Shown: piece after piece, positions 54,692 to 64,000 of the stretch | How positions within the stretch are numbered: position 1 is the stretch's first letter | Layout of the letters: every line of letters begins with the position of its first letter | DNA from: Parcubacteria group bacterium | GTDB lineage: Bacteria; Patescibacteriota; Microgenomatia; UBA1400; PJMF01 | Reading direction: 5' to 3' | Length of the DNA: 64,000 bases | Assembly: GCA_943350175.1 (NCBI GenBank) | Contig: CALQZX010000003.1 | Location: forward strand, 12,409-76,408 | The notes under the pieces: generated by a model | What the model saw: only the letters and a program-made list of their open reading frames with translations | What the model was told of the DNA's origin: nothing | Databases searched by the model: none | Position numbers and translations under genes: made by a program

Positions 54692-55828
54692 CTAGCTCAC
54701 TAAGCAATACTTGCCCCATTTTTTGATGATTTTACCTTGTAATTCCAAATCAAATAAGAGCTGATTTAACTTTTCCGAGTCTATCTCGGTATTTTTCAAA
54801 AGATCTTCAAAGGCCAATTCAGGATAAAAAGTTAGGTTTTGTAATAATTTTTCGGTAGGCTTGTCTGCTAAATTCTCCGTACCCTTTGTCAAAAAATCTA
54901 AATGATAATCACCGCCTATTTCAGTGAGGATGTCAGCGGCACTGTTCACCAAAATCGCTCCCTGAGAAATCAGGGCCTTTGTTCCTTCACTGAAAGGATT
55001 GGTGATCGGCCCAGGCACAGCCATCACCAAGCGACCATAGTCATTAGCATAACTAGCAGTAATATGAGAGCCGCTGCGTGCAGCGGCTTCAATGACTAAA
55101 GTTGCCTTAGATAAGCCAGCAACGATGCGATTGCGAATGACAAAATGAGCTGCTTTGGCCTGCGTCTCTGGAGGAAATTCACTTAGAAAAATCGCCCCAC
55201 GCTCCAGAAATTCCTGCATAATTTTTTTCTGACTAGAAGGAAAACAATGATTAAAACCAAAACCAAGCACGGCAATAGTTTGGCCGTTATTTTCTATTGC
55301 ACTTTGTGCTGCCGCCAGATCAACTCCATACATAAAGCCAGAAACAATAACTTTTCCGGCAGCAATTAGTGGCGGTAGAAGTTGTTTGATCGCTAGTTGA
55401 CCATAAGCTGTTATTTTTCGAGTGCCAACTACAGAAATTGTTTGACTAAAGGCATTTTGCCAAATCTCATCACCAACTTTTAGATGACTTTTGACAAACA
55501 AAACTATTGGAAAATCCTCTGTCGCCAACAAGAGTGCTGGATAGGCTTTTTCTTCAAAGGTCAGAGTCTGAATACCCGAAACTTCTAACTTAGCTAAATT
55601 GTCTAATAAATTATGTTCTTTTTTGAACTTATTGATTGATTCAACAATCTTTTCAGAAAGCAGCATCTCTTGCCAAATATGATTTTTATTAGCCCAAAAC
55701 TCTTCGTCACTGAGCTGCCTTTTTTGACAAACTTTGAGGATTTTAAAGACAGTTTTATGCCCTATTCCATTTATTGAAACAAGACCAATCAGGAAAGCCT
55801 TGCGTTTGCGATTAACTTCATGATTCAT
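54692..55828 (-). CDS. dprA: DNA-processing protein DprA
   Basis: VVGTR..T.YG, VSGF.YGVD, RNRIVAGL, EA..RSGS.ITA, AVPG. Confidence 0.95.
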   Translation of the reverse strand: MNHEVNRKRKAFLIGLVSINGIGHKTVFKILKVCQKRQLSDEEFWANKNHIWQEMLLSEKIVESINKFKKEHNLLDNLAKLEVSGIQTLTFEEKAYPALLLATEDFPIVLFVKSHLKVGDEIWQNAFSQTISVVGTRKITAYGQLAIKQLLPPLIAAGKVIVSGFMYGVDLAAAQSAIENNGQTIAVLGFGFNHCFPSSQKKIMQEFLERGAIFLSEFPPETQAKAAHFVIRNRIVAGLSKATLVIEAAARSGSHITASYANDYGRLVMAVPGPITNPFSEGTKALISQGAILVNSAADILTEIGGDYHLDFLTKGTENLADKPTEKLLQNLTFYPELAFEDLLKNTEIDSEKLNQLLFDLELQGKIIKKWGKYCLVS

Positions 55829-55867
55829 AGATAAGAATATTATCTATGAGCAAGGTTGCAAGAACTG

Positions 55868-57694
55868 CTACATCATCCCGTCCAAAACTTGTTTGATCAC
55901 TGGTGCAGCATCCTGAGAACCTTCAGAATAAATTTTGCTCTCATCACTTTCCATTAAAACAGTAATGACTATCTTCTCTGGAAAACCATACTTTTGAACT
56001 GCTTCCTGCCATTTTTCTCTTTCATTTACGATTAAACCACCGCTTTGAATTTCACTCTCAACTTCGCCAAAATTTTCACCCAAATTTTCACTCAACTCTC
56101 CGCTCTCGCTCGCCTCGCCGACAATCTTCCCCTCATCAATATCAATAATTGCCGTCGTCCAGGCGTGAGTTTTGCGATAGCCTCTTTCATCGGCACCACC
56201 AAACTCAGCTGTTCCAGTTTTACAAGCAATTATCCCCGGTTCCGCAGTATTGTAAGGAAAAAGCGGATAAGCCGTGCCACCCTGGCTGCAGGCCCCGACC
56301 ATGCCAGAAATAACTATCTCCAAATTTTTAGCATCAATGGCCAAATCTCGACAATTTTGCTGCAAGGCTGGCAGAAATGAAGCCTTACAAAGACTCCCAT
56401 GATTAGCAATCGCTTGAGTCATATTGGCAATCTGAATTGGCGTCACCAAGACATCGCCCTGACCAATGCCAAAATGATAAGTGTTGCCTAAATACCAGCT
56501 CTCTCCCCTTTGGCTTTCTTTCCATTGTGGATCTGGAACCAAGCCATCGACTTCCTGACTGGTCTGGACACCCGTTGGACTACCAAAACCAAACATTCTT
56601 GCATATTCCGCTAATTTTGTCGGGCCCAACCACTCAGCTGCTTTATAAAAAAAGATGTCATTGCTGCGAGCTAGAGCTCTTTTGACATCAATTGCTCCCT
56701 CCACTCTGCCGTACTGAGTGAAATACCAGTTAGCAAATTCCGAGCCGCCAACTTTGAGAGTTCCTTGGTCATCCACAACTGTATCTTCATCAATCACTCC
56801 CTCCTGCAAGGCGGCTAGTGCTGTTACCAATTTAAAAACTGATCCCGGCGGATAAGCTCCAGAAGTGCTTCTGTTAAAGAAAATTTGTCTTTCATCTTTG
56901 AAATAGTCTGAGATTTTTACAGCACTGTCTTTTGCATCTCTTTTGAAGAGACTATTTAGATAATTCTCCTCAAAGATATTATTGTCAAAACTCGGCGTGC
57001 TTATTAAAGTCAGTAATTCTCCATTACTAGCATCCATAATTACGACGGCACCTCGTTTATCGCCCATGGCTTTGTAAGCGAGCGAACTCAGATAAGAATC
57101 CAAAGTAGTTTTAATGTTCTGTCCATAGACCTGTTCTATCGTTGAGACTAGTCGCTGCGTTTGACCAAGGGCATTAATTTCAAATTTCATCACTGAACCT
57201 TTGGATTGTAAGTTTTTGTCATAGAATTGCTCCAAGCCCATCCTGCCCAAGCGACCAGAGATCGCTAAATTGGGATTTTTATCCAAATCTTCTGCCGTTA
57301 CGGGCGAAAGATAGCCAAGCACCGAAGCTAGAGCTTCTTTATATGGATAAACTCTATTAAATTCATAACCAATTTTGGCACTATCAGTGGCTAATAAACT
57401 CAAAGCTTCATCCTTTGCTAGAAATTCCTTTTCGCTGTAGAGTTTGTCTTTTTGCAGGTATTTAAAATACTGTTTCTCATTTCTCACCAAAGGTTGGTCA
57501 TAGCGGTCGAGAAAGATTGCTCTTTCTGCTGGGTTTTTTTTCGTAAAATAGCGATTGTTTTCAGCTAAATTATAAAAATACTCGCCTTTGAATATCTCTA
57601 CGTCGACTAAGCGCGCCAACAAAAGACTAAAAACTAGCAGTAAAAAAGAAAATAAAAGTAAAAACTTAAGCCGCATATTTTTTAAAATTGGCAA
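55868..57694 (-). CDS. mrdA: class B penicillin-binding protein 2
   Basis: PGSVFK (SxxK), SND, KTGT; RVYP and G..GLE pedestal motifs; follows mreC-mreD. Confidence 0.92.
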   Translation of the reverse strand: MPILKNMRLKFLLLFSFLLLVFSLLLARLVDVEIFKGEYFYNLAENNRYFTKKNPAERAIFLDRYDQPLVRNEKQYFKYLQKDKLYSEKEFLAKDEALSLLATDSAKIGYEFNRVYPYKEALASVLGYLSPVTAEDLDKNPNLAISGRLGRMGLEQFYDKNLQSKGSVMKFEINALGQTQRLVSTIEQVYGQNIKTTLDSYLSSLAYKAMGDKRGAVVIMDASNGELLTLISTPSFDNNIFEENYLNSLFKRDAKDSAVKISDYFKDERQIFFNRSTSGAYPPGSVFKLVTALAALQEGVIDEDTVVDDQGTLKVGGSEFANWYFTQYGRVEGAIDVKRALARSNDIFFYKAAEWLGPTKLAEYARMFGFGSPTGVQTSQEVDGLVPDPQWKESQRGESWYLGNTYHFGIGQGDVLVTPIQIANMTQAIANHGSLCKASFLPALQQNCRDLAIDAKNLEIVISGMVGACSQGGTAYPLFPYNTAEPGIIACKTGTAEFGGADERGYRKTHAWTTAIIDIDEGKIVGEASESGELSENLGENFGEVESEIQSGGLIVNEREKWQEAVQKYGFPEKIVITVLMESDESKIYSEGSQDAAPVIKQVLDGMM

Positions 57695-58046
57695 GATAAA
57701 AGTAAAGCAAAAAAGCCAGCAAATCAGCTAAATAAAAATAATTAAGTTGAATTCTGGCCATTAAAAAAATTGATGAATTTAGCAAAATAAACAAACCAAC
57801 TTGCACAAGCTTTTGGCCAGAAAATTTTTGCGATAAAAGATGATGCAAAACCAATAAAAGTGCCAGAACTGGCCAAGACAGTGAATAAAAAATCGCCAGC
57901 AATAAAGCCATTACAAATAAAGCTACCAAAACAAACTCATTGCTGCGACGACTGACTAATTTGTAAGACAAATAAAGAAAAAAAAGTGGCAAGCCGATGA
58001 CCGACTCAAAGCTTAAAACAATAATTAAAAATAAATAATAGAGCAT
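57666..58046 (-). CDS. MreD-like membrane protein
   Basis: Highly hydrophobic 126 aa between mreC and mrdA (position-based call). Confidence 0.5.
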   Translation of the reverse strand: MLYYLFLIIVLSFESVIGLPLFFLYLSYKLVSRRSNEFVLVALFVMALLLAIFYSLSWPVLALLLVLHHLLSQKFSGQKLVQVGLFILLNSSIFLMARIQLNYFYLADLLAFLLYFYLANFKKYAA

Positions 58047-58059
58047 ATAATTTTCTTGC

Positions 58060-58821
58060 TTATTTTATTTCCACCAGGCTAGTTTCATAAAAACTAAGCA
58101 TTTGTTCGATGATCGCAGTTTTGGTTGCCAAGGCCTGATTTTCCGTTAAAATTCTAGCGACTCTCCCAATCAGCAAACCTTTTTCTAAGTTAGCTTGCGC
58201 TGTGGTGAAAACCAATTGGCCAACTTCCAAATTAGCCTCACTTTGCACTTCAGTTAGAATAATCTCTCGACCATTGCCTTTTAAGAGGCCTTTTGTTCCC
58301 GCATTTGTTTCTGCCAAAACTCCGGCATCAAAAAATTGTGATAAAAGCCTAACCGAAGATTGCCTCTCCTCCACTTTATCGATCAAACCAAGCAAAGTGC
58401 CTTTATATAAAACTGCCGAACCAACCTTAACTCCAGATTGACTGCCAGCTGCTACGAAACTCTGAGCAAAAGAAATGACTGGTGCAGCAATAATTGTTTG
58501 TTGATAAGAACGATCACTGTTTTCCAAAATTTTACGCAATTCTTGGTTTTCTTTTTCTAGAGCCTCCACTTTGATTGAAATTGCCGCTGTTTCACTGTAA
58601 CGATACTGCAGATCTTCCAATCTGGCTGTTAGGTTCCACATCTCTGCAACTCTACTAAAAGGATAAGCAATCTTTTGCAAAAAAGAAAAATTTTTTTCTT
58701 TCCAAAGATTAGCTCCATCAGTTAAAAAGGGAAAGCTTGAAAAACCCAAAAACTGCAGGAAAAACAAGATAAAAATTGCTAAAAAAGCAAATAAATATTG
58801 CTTGTTTTTTTGATTCAACAT
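58060..58821 (-). CDS. mreC: rod shape-determining protein MreC
   Basis: TM + LEKENQELRKIL coil + AGS..GV.VG..V..KG.L.G beta domain. Confidence 0.9.
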   Translation of the reverse strand: MLNQKNKQYLFAFLAIFILFFLQFLGFSSFPFLTDGANLWKEKNFSFLQKIAYPFSRVAEMWNLTARLEDLQYRYSETAAISIKVEALEKENQELRKILENSDRSYQQTIIAAPVISFAQSFVAAGSQSGVKVGSAVLYKGTLLGLIDKVEERQSSVRLLSQFFDAGVLAETNAGTKGLLKGNGREIILTEVQSEANLEVGQLVFTTAQANLEKGLLIGRVARILTENQALATKTAIIEQMLSFYETSLVEIK

Positions 58822-59459
58822 AACTTATCGATTTCTATGGCCTCCATCTTTAAATATTTAGCTAATTTAGCAGTCTTTGGTTTGTCTACTAAATTATTAA
58901 TGAAAAAATAAAAACAATCAGGTTGCTCAAAAGTAAATTTTTCCTCAACCCTCTTTAGAAACCGCTTACTTTCAAGAGCTAAGTCGCGTAGAAAAACTTT
59001 TTCATAAGCCAGCAACTTATTTTGGTCAAAAAAACTTAGCTCTGCACAATCATCAAACAAATTCACCAAAAATTTGGCTTTGGAAAAATTTCTTTTTTGC
59101 AGTAGATAGAAATTGTAAAAAAAATGGCGATCCACAAAAGAAACTTTTTTCAAAAAGGGCGAAACACCTTCAAAAAACTTTTTCTCCAGTTCACTAGAGC
59201 TAGGCCCAAGTAAAAAAACTAAAGAATATTGCTCTAGATCAAAAGCGCTTAAGCTATCATCTAAGAATTTCTTCAGTAATTTATCGTTAGCCAAGAAATT
59301 CATTTTGCAAATATCGACGTTATGAATTGTCTTCAATAAGGTCAAGTTGGAAAAATCAATTGAAGATAGATCTCTAACATCTTTGGCCAAATAAAAAGAC
59401 AGTCCACTGCTGCTGCAGTCTATTAATAAGAGATGTTTGAAATCCAAAGATAAGTTCAT
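58815..59459 (-). CDS. degenerate MreB-like actin-fold protein
   Basis: Occupies the mreB position; strand order matches MreB but nucleotide motifs are lost. Confidence 0.5.
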   Translation of the reverse strand: MNLSLDFKHLLLIDCSSSGLSFYLAKDVRDLSSIDFSNLTLLKTIHNVDICKMNFLANDKLLKKFLDDSLSAFDLEQYSLVFLLGPSSSELEKKFFEGVSPFLKKVSFVDRHFFYNFYLLQKRNFSKAKFLVNLFDDCAELSFFDQNKLLAYEKVFLRDLALESKRFLKRVEEKFTFEQPDCFYFFINNLVDKPKTAKLAKYLKMEAIEIDKLC

Positions 59460-60493
59460 TGATTAAGCAATGAGGCGGCAGATTTCCAGCGATTTTGACT
59501 AATTAAGCTTTCTGCTTCTTTAACCTTAGCTAAAACAGCTTGGTCATCGCTTTCTTTCATTTTGACTAAGCGCTCACCCATCATTTCAGATTTAAGCTCT
59601 AGAGCCTTTTCATACAGAACCTCATCTAGATCGGGAATTAGTTTTTCTAAATAAATGATTAGGGCTTCTTTTTTTTCATCTTCCTTTTTATTTTGATCGT
59701 CCAAAATGTTACGAGCTCCAGTATATTCTTCACTAGTCAGCAACAATTCCAGATCATGAAAGATAAAATCATCCCAAATCATTGTTTCCAGTTCATCTAG
59801 GAATTGATTTTTTTCAGAATCACTGATGTCCATTATCCCAAGCATTTCAAAAATATTTTGAGATTTTAGTTCTTCAGCATCGTTTTTTAGAGCTGCTGAA
59901 TCTTCGTCACTAGATGCGGACTCAGCCACAGATGTGGTTGAAACAGGCTCCTCATTACTACTCTGCAAATCTGCATTATCTTGCAAATCCGCAGCTGGAC
60001 GATTTTTTCTAAAATCTTCTACAGATTCTTCTGAATCAGGAAAATCTGTCATCACCGAGCCATCGTTTACTGAGTTGTCATTTGTAACCGTTTTATTTTT
60101 AAGACTCTCTTGATCTATTTTCTTTTCCAAATCACTCAAAAATGAATCAAAATCGAATTTTTCAGAAGATTGAGCTTCTTCTTTTAAAACCGGTTCTTGA
60201 ACTGAGGAAGCGGCTTGCACTGAAGACACGGGAGCTGCTGGCACCGTAGAAGATGGCTTCTCCTCCAAGTCTTTGGACAACTTATCTAATTCAGCGAGAA
60301 GTCTATCTATTTCAGCTGAGTTATCATTTTCTTTTTTATCGACAACTGGCTGAGATGACTGGGCCGATTGAGCAGGTTGAAATGATTGATTTCTTTGAAT
60401 TAATTGTTGATACATCTGTCCAGTAGAGCTCGCGGCGTTAGAAGCGACAGGAGCGACAACTTGATTGGCAGAATTGTCTTGAATTTGAATCAT
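59456..60493 (-). CDS. hypothetical protein with acidic disordered N-terminus and helical C-terminal domain
   Basis: S/D/E/Q-rich region, then NIFEMLGI......EK..FL helical domain; ATGA-coupled to next gene. Confidence 0.7.
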   Translation of the reverse strand: MIQIQDNSANQVVAPVASNAASSTGQMYQQLIQRNQSFQPAQSAQSSQPVVDKKENDNSAEIDRLLAELDKLSKDLEEKPSSTVPAAPVSSVQAASSVQEPVLKEEAQSSEKFDFDSFLSDLEKKIDQESLKNKTVTNDNSVNDGSVMTDFPDSEESVEDFRKNRPAADLQDNADLQSSNEEPVSTTSVAESASSDEDSAALKNDAEELKSQNIFEMLGIMDISDSEKNQFLDELETMIWDDFIFHDLELLLTSEEYTGARNILDDQNKKEDEKKEALIIYLEKLIPDLDEVLYEKALELKSEMMGERLVKMKESDDQAVLAKVKEAESLISQNRWKSAASLLNQ

Positions 60494-60556
60494 AGGCAGG
60501 TTTCCATAACAAACTTAAATAATGTACAATTCCAATTTAGCATAGCCAAATACACA

Positions 60557-62680
60557 ATGCAATTAAATCGTCAAAAAATCAGCAGCTTTCTACAAAAATT
60601 AATTTTCGTTAATTTCAATCTACTTTTTTTCCTCACTCCTTTTATTTTTACTTGGATGAATCAAGAATTATTCGAATTTAGCAAAATGCTTTTCGTTTAT
60701 GCTGGAACCACAATCATTACTTCATTATGGATCGCTAGAATGGTCACGGAGCGAAAAATAATTCTCAAAAGAAGCAAACTCGACTATTTTATCTTAGCTT
60801 TTTTGGCCTCACAAATAATTTCCACTATTTTTTCTCTACACACTCGCACATCTTGGTTCGGTTACTACACCAGATTTAATGGCGGACTTTTATCAACTAT
60901 CACCTACATCACCCTTTATTATGCCTTCGTTTCCAATATTAAAAAATCTCAAGTCCAGGCTATCTACAGCAGTCTTTTTCTCTCCGCTCTTATGGTTAGT
61001 CTTTACGCCACACCAGAGCATTTCGGCCATTCTCCGAGCTGCTATCTCGTGACGAAAAAATTCAACGTTAGCTGTTGGGTTCAAGATGTTCAAAATAGAG
61101 TTTTTGCTACTTTTGGCCAACCAAATTGGTTGGCTGCCTTTTTGATTAGCATCATCCCTCTTAATATAGATAAAATTCTCAAGGAAAAAAAGCTATCCAG
61201 CAATCTCTATTTAATTCTTGTGCTTGTTGCAAGCATTACTGCTCTTTTATTTAGCAAATCTAGATCTGGATTACTCGGACTAGGAGCTGGCTTAGTTTTT
61301 TACGCTATCTTTAAAATTTTTACTAATAAAGACAAAAAAGAGCGCTTCAACAATTTCCTCAAATTAAGCGGCCTAGCTGGAATAATGATTGCCTTGGCTT
61401 TAATTTTTGGAACACCCTACACCCCCAAGTTAGCTGACTTGGCAAAAGGACAGATGATGGTGCAAACAAGCGTTGCAGAAGAAATTCCAAGCGGTGGTAC
61501 TCCATCAGAGGAAATCAGAAAAATAGTCTGGCAGGGAGCACTCAAAGTTTGGCAGCGCTATCCGATCTTTGGCTCTGGCGTTGAAACATTTGCCTATAGT
61601 TACTATTTAGATCGTCCTTTAGCTCATAATTTAGTTTCAGAATGGGATTTTCTCTATAACAAAGCGCACAATGAACTGTTGAACACCTTGGCTAATTCTG
61701 GTCTAGCTGGACTCCTGACTTACCTGGCCTTATTTGCGGGGGTTTTTTATCTAGGACTGAAGCATTTTCTACAAGATAAGAATCAAAGTGAGTTATTGGC
61801 ACTATTAGCTGGCATTGTTGCTATGTTCATTTCCAACTTCTTTGGCTTTTCTACGGTAGTCACCAACTTACTCTTATTCGGCTTCTTTGCGATTGTGATT
61901 CTAGAAGAGAAAGAGCAAAAAAATGAAAAAAATGTCACTATAAAAAAGATTGATGATAAAGATCATATATCAAATAATGAATATTATATGTATTCTTTAA
62001 TTCTAGTTGTTGCTCTCTTTGCAATCAGCAAGGTTTGGTCGATCTGGCAAGCTGACTACTTATTCACTAATGGCCAGAATGCCTTTGAAAAAGGCAACTA
62101 TCAAGCTGGTCTACCTGCTATTCAAGAAGCGATTAAAAAATCACCAAAAGAAGCATTCTTTTATGATGAGCTCGCCAGCGACTACGCTCAGCTCAGCATC
62201 GCCTTTGCCAATGAGAAACAAAGTACTGCCAGCGCCGCACTTGCTCAAAGCGCTATCGAAAGCAATCGTTATGCCCTAAGCCTCAATCCCGTCCATCTTA
62301 ATTTTTATAAAAGCCAGGCAAGGATCTACATCAAACTTGGTCAACTTGACCCCAAACTCTATTCTTACGCCGAGCAATCTCTAGTAAAAGCTATCGCCCT
62401 TGCTCCTACAGATGCCAAACTTTACTACAACCTTGCTTTAATTTTAGAAATCATGGGCAATAAAGATGAGGCTCTAAAGAACATGGAGCATGCTGTCTCT
62501 ATCAAAAGCAACTATCTACAAGCTAGAAACGAGCTGGCTCGCATGTATTTTAGCTCTGGAGATCTGGAAAAAGCAAAAGACCAGTATATTTTCAGTTTAG
62601 AAAAAATTGCTCCCAACGATAAATTAATCAAAGAAAAATTGAAGATAATAGAAGCCAGTATCAGCGCCAAAACTAAATAA
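60557..62680 (+). CDS. O-antigen ligase/oligosaccharyltransferase family membrane protein with TPR tail
   Basis: ATFGQPNWLA, SKSRSG, R..VW...PIFGSG, AHNE.L; TPR C-terminus; ATG 60557 avoids overlap with the divergent gene. Confidence 0.88.
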   Translation: MQLNRQKISSFLQKLIFVNFNLLFFLTPFIFTWMNQELFEFSKMLFVYAGTTIITSLWIARMVTERKIILKRSKLDYFILAFLASQIISTIFSLHTRTSWFGYYTRFNGGLLSTITYITLYYAFVSNIKKSQVQAIYSSLFLSALMVSLYATPEHFGHSPSCYLVTKKFNVSCWVQDVQNRVFATFGQPNWLAAFLISIIPLNIDKILKEKKLSSNLYLILVLVASITALLFSKSRSGLLGLGAGLVFYAIFKIFTNKDKKERFNNFLKLSGLAGIMIALALIFGTPYTPKLADLAKGQMMVQTSVAEEIPSGGTPSEEIRKIVWQGALKVWQRYPIFGSGVETFAYSYYLDRPLAHNLVSEWDFLYNKAHNELLNTLANSGLAGLLTYLALFAGVFYLGLKHFLQDKNQSELLALLAGIVAMFISNFFGFSTVVTNLLLFGFFAIVILEEKEQKNEKNVTIKKIDDKDHISNNEYYMYSLILVVALFAISKVWSIWQADYLFTNGQNAFEKGNYQAGLPAIQEAIKKSPKEAFFYDELASDYAQLSIAFANEKQSTASAALAQSAIESNRYALSLNPVHLNFYKSQARIYIKLGQLDPKLYSYAEQSLVKAIALAPTDAKLYYNLALILEIMGNKDEALKNMEHAVSIKSNYLQARNELARMYFSSGDLEKAKDQYIFSLEKIAPNDKLIKEKLKIIEASISAKTK

Positions 62681-62711
62681 CAGTCTTGTTATATAATGCA
62701 GGTATATAAAA

Positions 62712-63305
62712 ATGAAAATTATTACCGCTCCACACCCAACTTTGCGCGAAATTGCCAAAGAAGTGACTGTTTTTGACAAGAAATTCTTTAAGTTCTTAGA
62801 TGAATTGGCAGATACTCTAATTAAAAAAGAACAGCCAAAAGGCGTGGCTCTTGCTGCTCCTCAAGTTAACAAGCCAGTTCGCGTTTTTGCAGCTATTTTG
62901 GGTGAAAAAAATCAAGATAGCAGTAAGCCTGTCATCGAGTTTTTCATCAATCCAAAAATTACCAAGTTTAGCAATAAAAAAATCCTTGGAGCAGCTGATG
63001 GTGGAGAACGTTTTGAAGGTTGTCTGTCCATTCCCTTGCTTTATGGCCCAGTACCACGCCATGAGTGGATCGAAATCGAGTATCAATGCTTAACTACTCT
63101 AGATCTTAAAAATCAGCCAGAAATAAAAAGCAAAAAAGCTAAATTCACGGACTTTGATGCCAGAGTAATTCAACATGAATACGACCATCTAGATGGCATT
63201 CTTTTCACTGATCTAATCCTTAAAAATAACCTGCCCGTCTACATTGATGAGGATGGCAAATGGGTAGAAGTTAAAAATAAAAAAGAGATACTATCCTTAC
63301 TTTAA
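62712..63305 (+). CDS. def: peptide deformylase
   Basis: GVALAAPQV, EGCLS, QHEYDHLDG. Confidence 0.97.
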   Translation: MKIITAPHPTLREIAKEVTVFDKKFFKFLDELADTLIKKEQPKGVALAAPQVNKPVRVFAAILGEKNQDSSKPVIEFFINPKITKFSNKKILGAADGGERFEGCLSIPLLYGPVPRHEWIEIEYQCLTTLDLKNQPEIKSKKAKFTDFDARVIQHEYDHLDGILFTDLILKNNLPVYIDEDGKWVEVKNKKEILSLL

Positions 63306-63306
63306 G

Positions 63307-64000
63307 ATGAAATATAAGATCGCTATCGCCGGTTCAACTCAAAATACAATCAAAATGGCAGAAGCTATTGCTGCTGATCCACGCTTCGAAATTTCCTTCA
63401 CTCTCTCTCCAACTCCCAAACTAATTGGCCGCAAACAAATTTTAACCAAAAATCCATTGCATTTATGGTCAGAAAAAAAACAGCTAAAAACCTTTTTAGT
63501 TGATAAAAAAATTGAAAAAACCATGCTGGAAGAATTTGCCGCAATTGGAGAGATCGATTTTTTATTAGTTGTTGATTTTGGCTATTTAATTCCCAAATGG
63601 TTGCTAACATTACCAAAAATCGCCCCACTCAACATTCACCCTTCTTTATTACCAAAATGGCGTGGTAGCTCCCCAGGTCAATTCTGCCTACTCTTTCAAG
63701 ATCTAAACGAATTTGGGCACGAATCAGCCGTCACCCTAATGATCATGAGCGAAGGAATGGACGAGGGACCGATTATTGCTCAATTACCATTTGAGATTGA
63801 GAAGAAATGGACGCAAGTCGAATACTATGAGCACGCTTTTGAGTTGATGGGCGAAAAATTAGCCGATTTAATTGGCGATTTTGCTACTAAAAAAATCCAA
63901 GCTCAAAATCAACCAGCTCAAAGTTCAACCATCGCCGCTCGCCGCTTAAGTAAAGATGATAGTTTTATGGATTGGAAAAACCTAAAACAACTAATGGCCG
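63307..64000 (+). CDS. fmt: methionyl-tRNA formyltransferase (runs off window end)
   Basis: Manual translation MKYKIAIAGS...VDFGYLIP..LL...NIHPSLLPKWRGSSP...MDEGPI; follows def. Confidence 0.93.
   Translation, partial: MKYKIAIAGSTQNTIKMAEAIAADPRFEISFTLSPTPKLIGRKQILTKNPLHLWSEKKQLKTFLVDKKIEKTMLEEFAAIGEIDFLLVVDFGYLIPKWLLTLPKIAPLNIHPSLLPKWRGSSPGQFCLLFQDLNEFGHESAVTLMIMSEGMDEGPIIAQLPFEIEKKWTQVEYYEHAFELMGEKLADLIGDFATKKIQAQNQPAQSSTIAARRLSKDDSFMDWKNLKQLMA

Noticed and set aside
60404-60556. N-terminal extension of the O-antigen ligase ORF (and similar longest-ORF starts at 20011, 20443, 28374, 46321, 47820)
   Set aside because: These overlap divergent genes, promoters or upstream CDSs; downstream ATGs fit family N-termini and promoter spacing.
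1-64000. CRISPR array, rRNA, transposase, or alternative genetic code (UGA=Gly)
   Set aside because: No regularly spaced repeats, rRNA or transposase motifs noticed; genes are intact under code 11 and ATGA stop/start overlaps occur (e.g. lgt-rluA, topA-nadD).

Overview
This window is AT-rich, gene-dense chromosomal DNA that most resembles a Patescibacteria/CPR genome of the Microgenomates type. That call is inferred from the short EF-Ts, Zn-free S18, N-terminally shortened RF1, many ORFans and salvage-type metabolism; TGA is used as a stop, so the code is 11. Most genes are housekeeping: translation (rpsB-tsf, hisS, rpmE-prfA, rpsF-ssb-rpsR, cysS, hpf, def-fmt, tRNA-Leu, tRNA-Ala), replication and repair (dnaB, recR, radC, topA, dprA), folate/nucleotide metabolism (folD, glyA, dut, tmk, DHFR, thyA, nadD/nadE), queuosine salvage (yhhQ, tgt), an elongasome locus and a BrnT/BrnA-type toxin-antitoxin pair. 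No integrase, transposase, CRISPR array or rRNA was seen. Two things stand out. (1) A thymidylate cluster whose ThyA has lost three of the four dUMP-phosphate arginines and lies beside an HxHxQ HIT enzyme, a HIGH nucleotidyltransferase and a HIGH-like/dCMP-deaminase fusion; this suggests a pathway running on a 5'-capped (e.g. adenylylated) pyrimidine nucleotide. (2) Unannotated, essentially leaderless mini-ORFs coupled to terminators upstream of hisS (a textbook His-His attenuator), hpf and yhhQ. Also notable are a degenerate MreB-like protein, an atypical TGT pocket, a covarying dispersed palindrome, and long inverted repeats that overlap stop codons. All family calls and RNA folds were made by eye, with no searches run.
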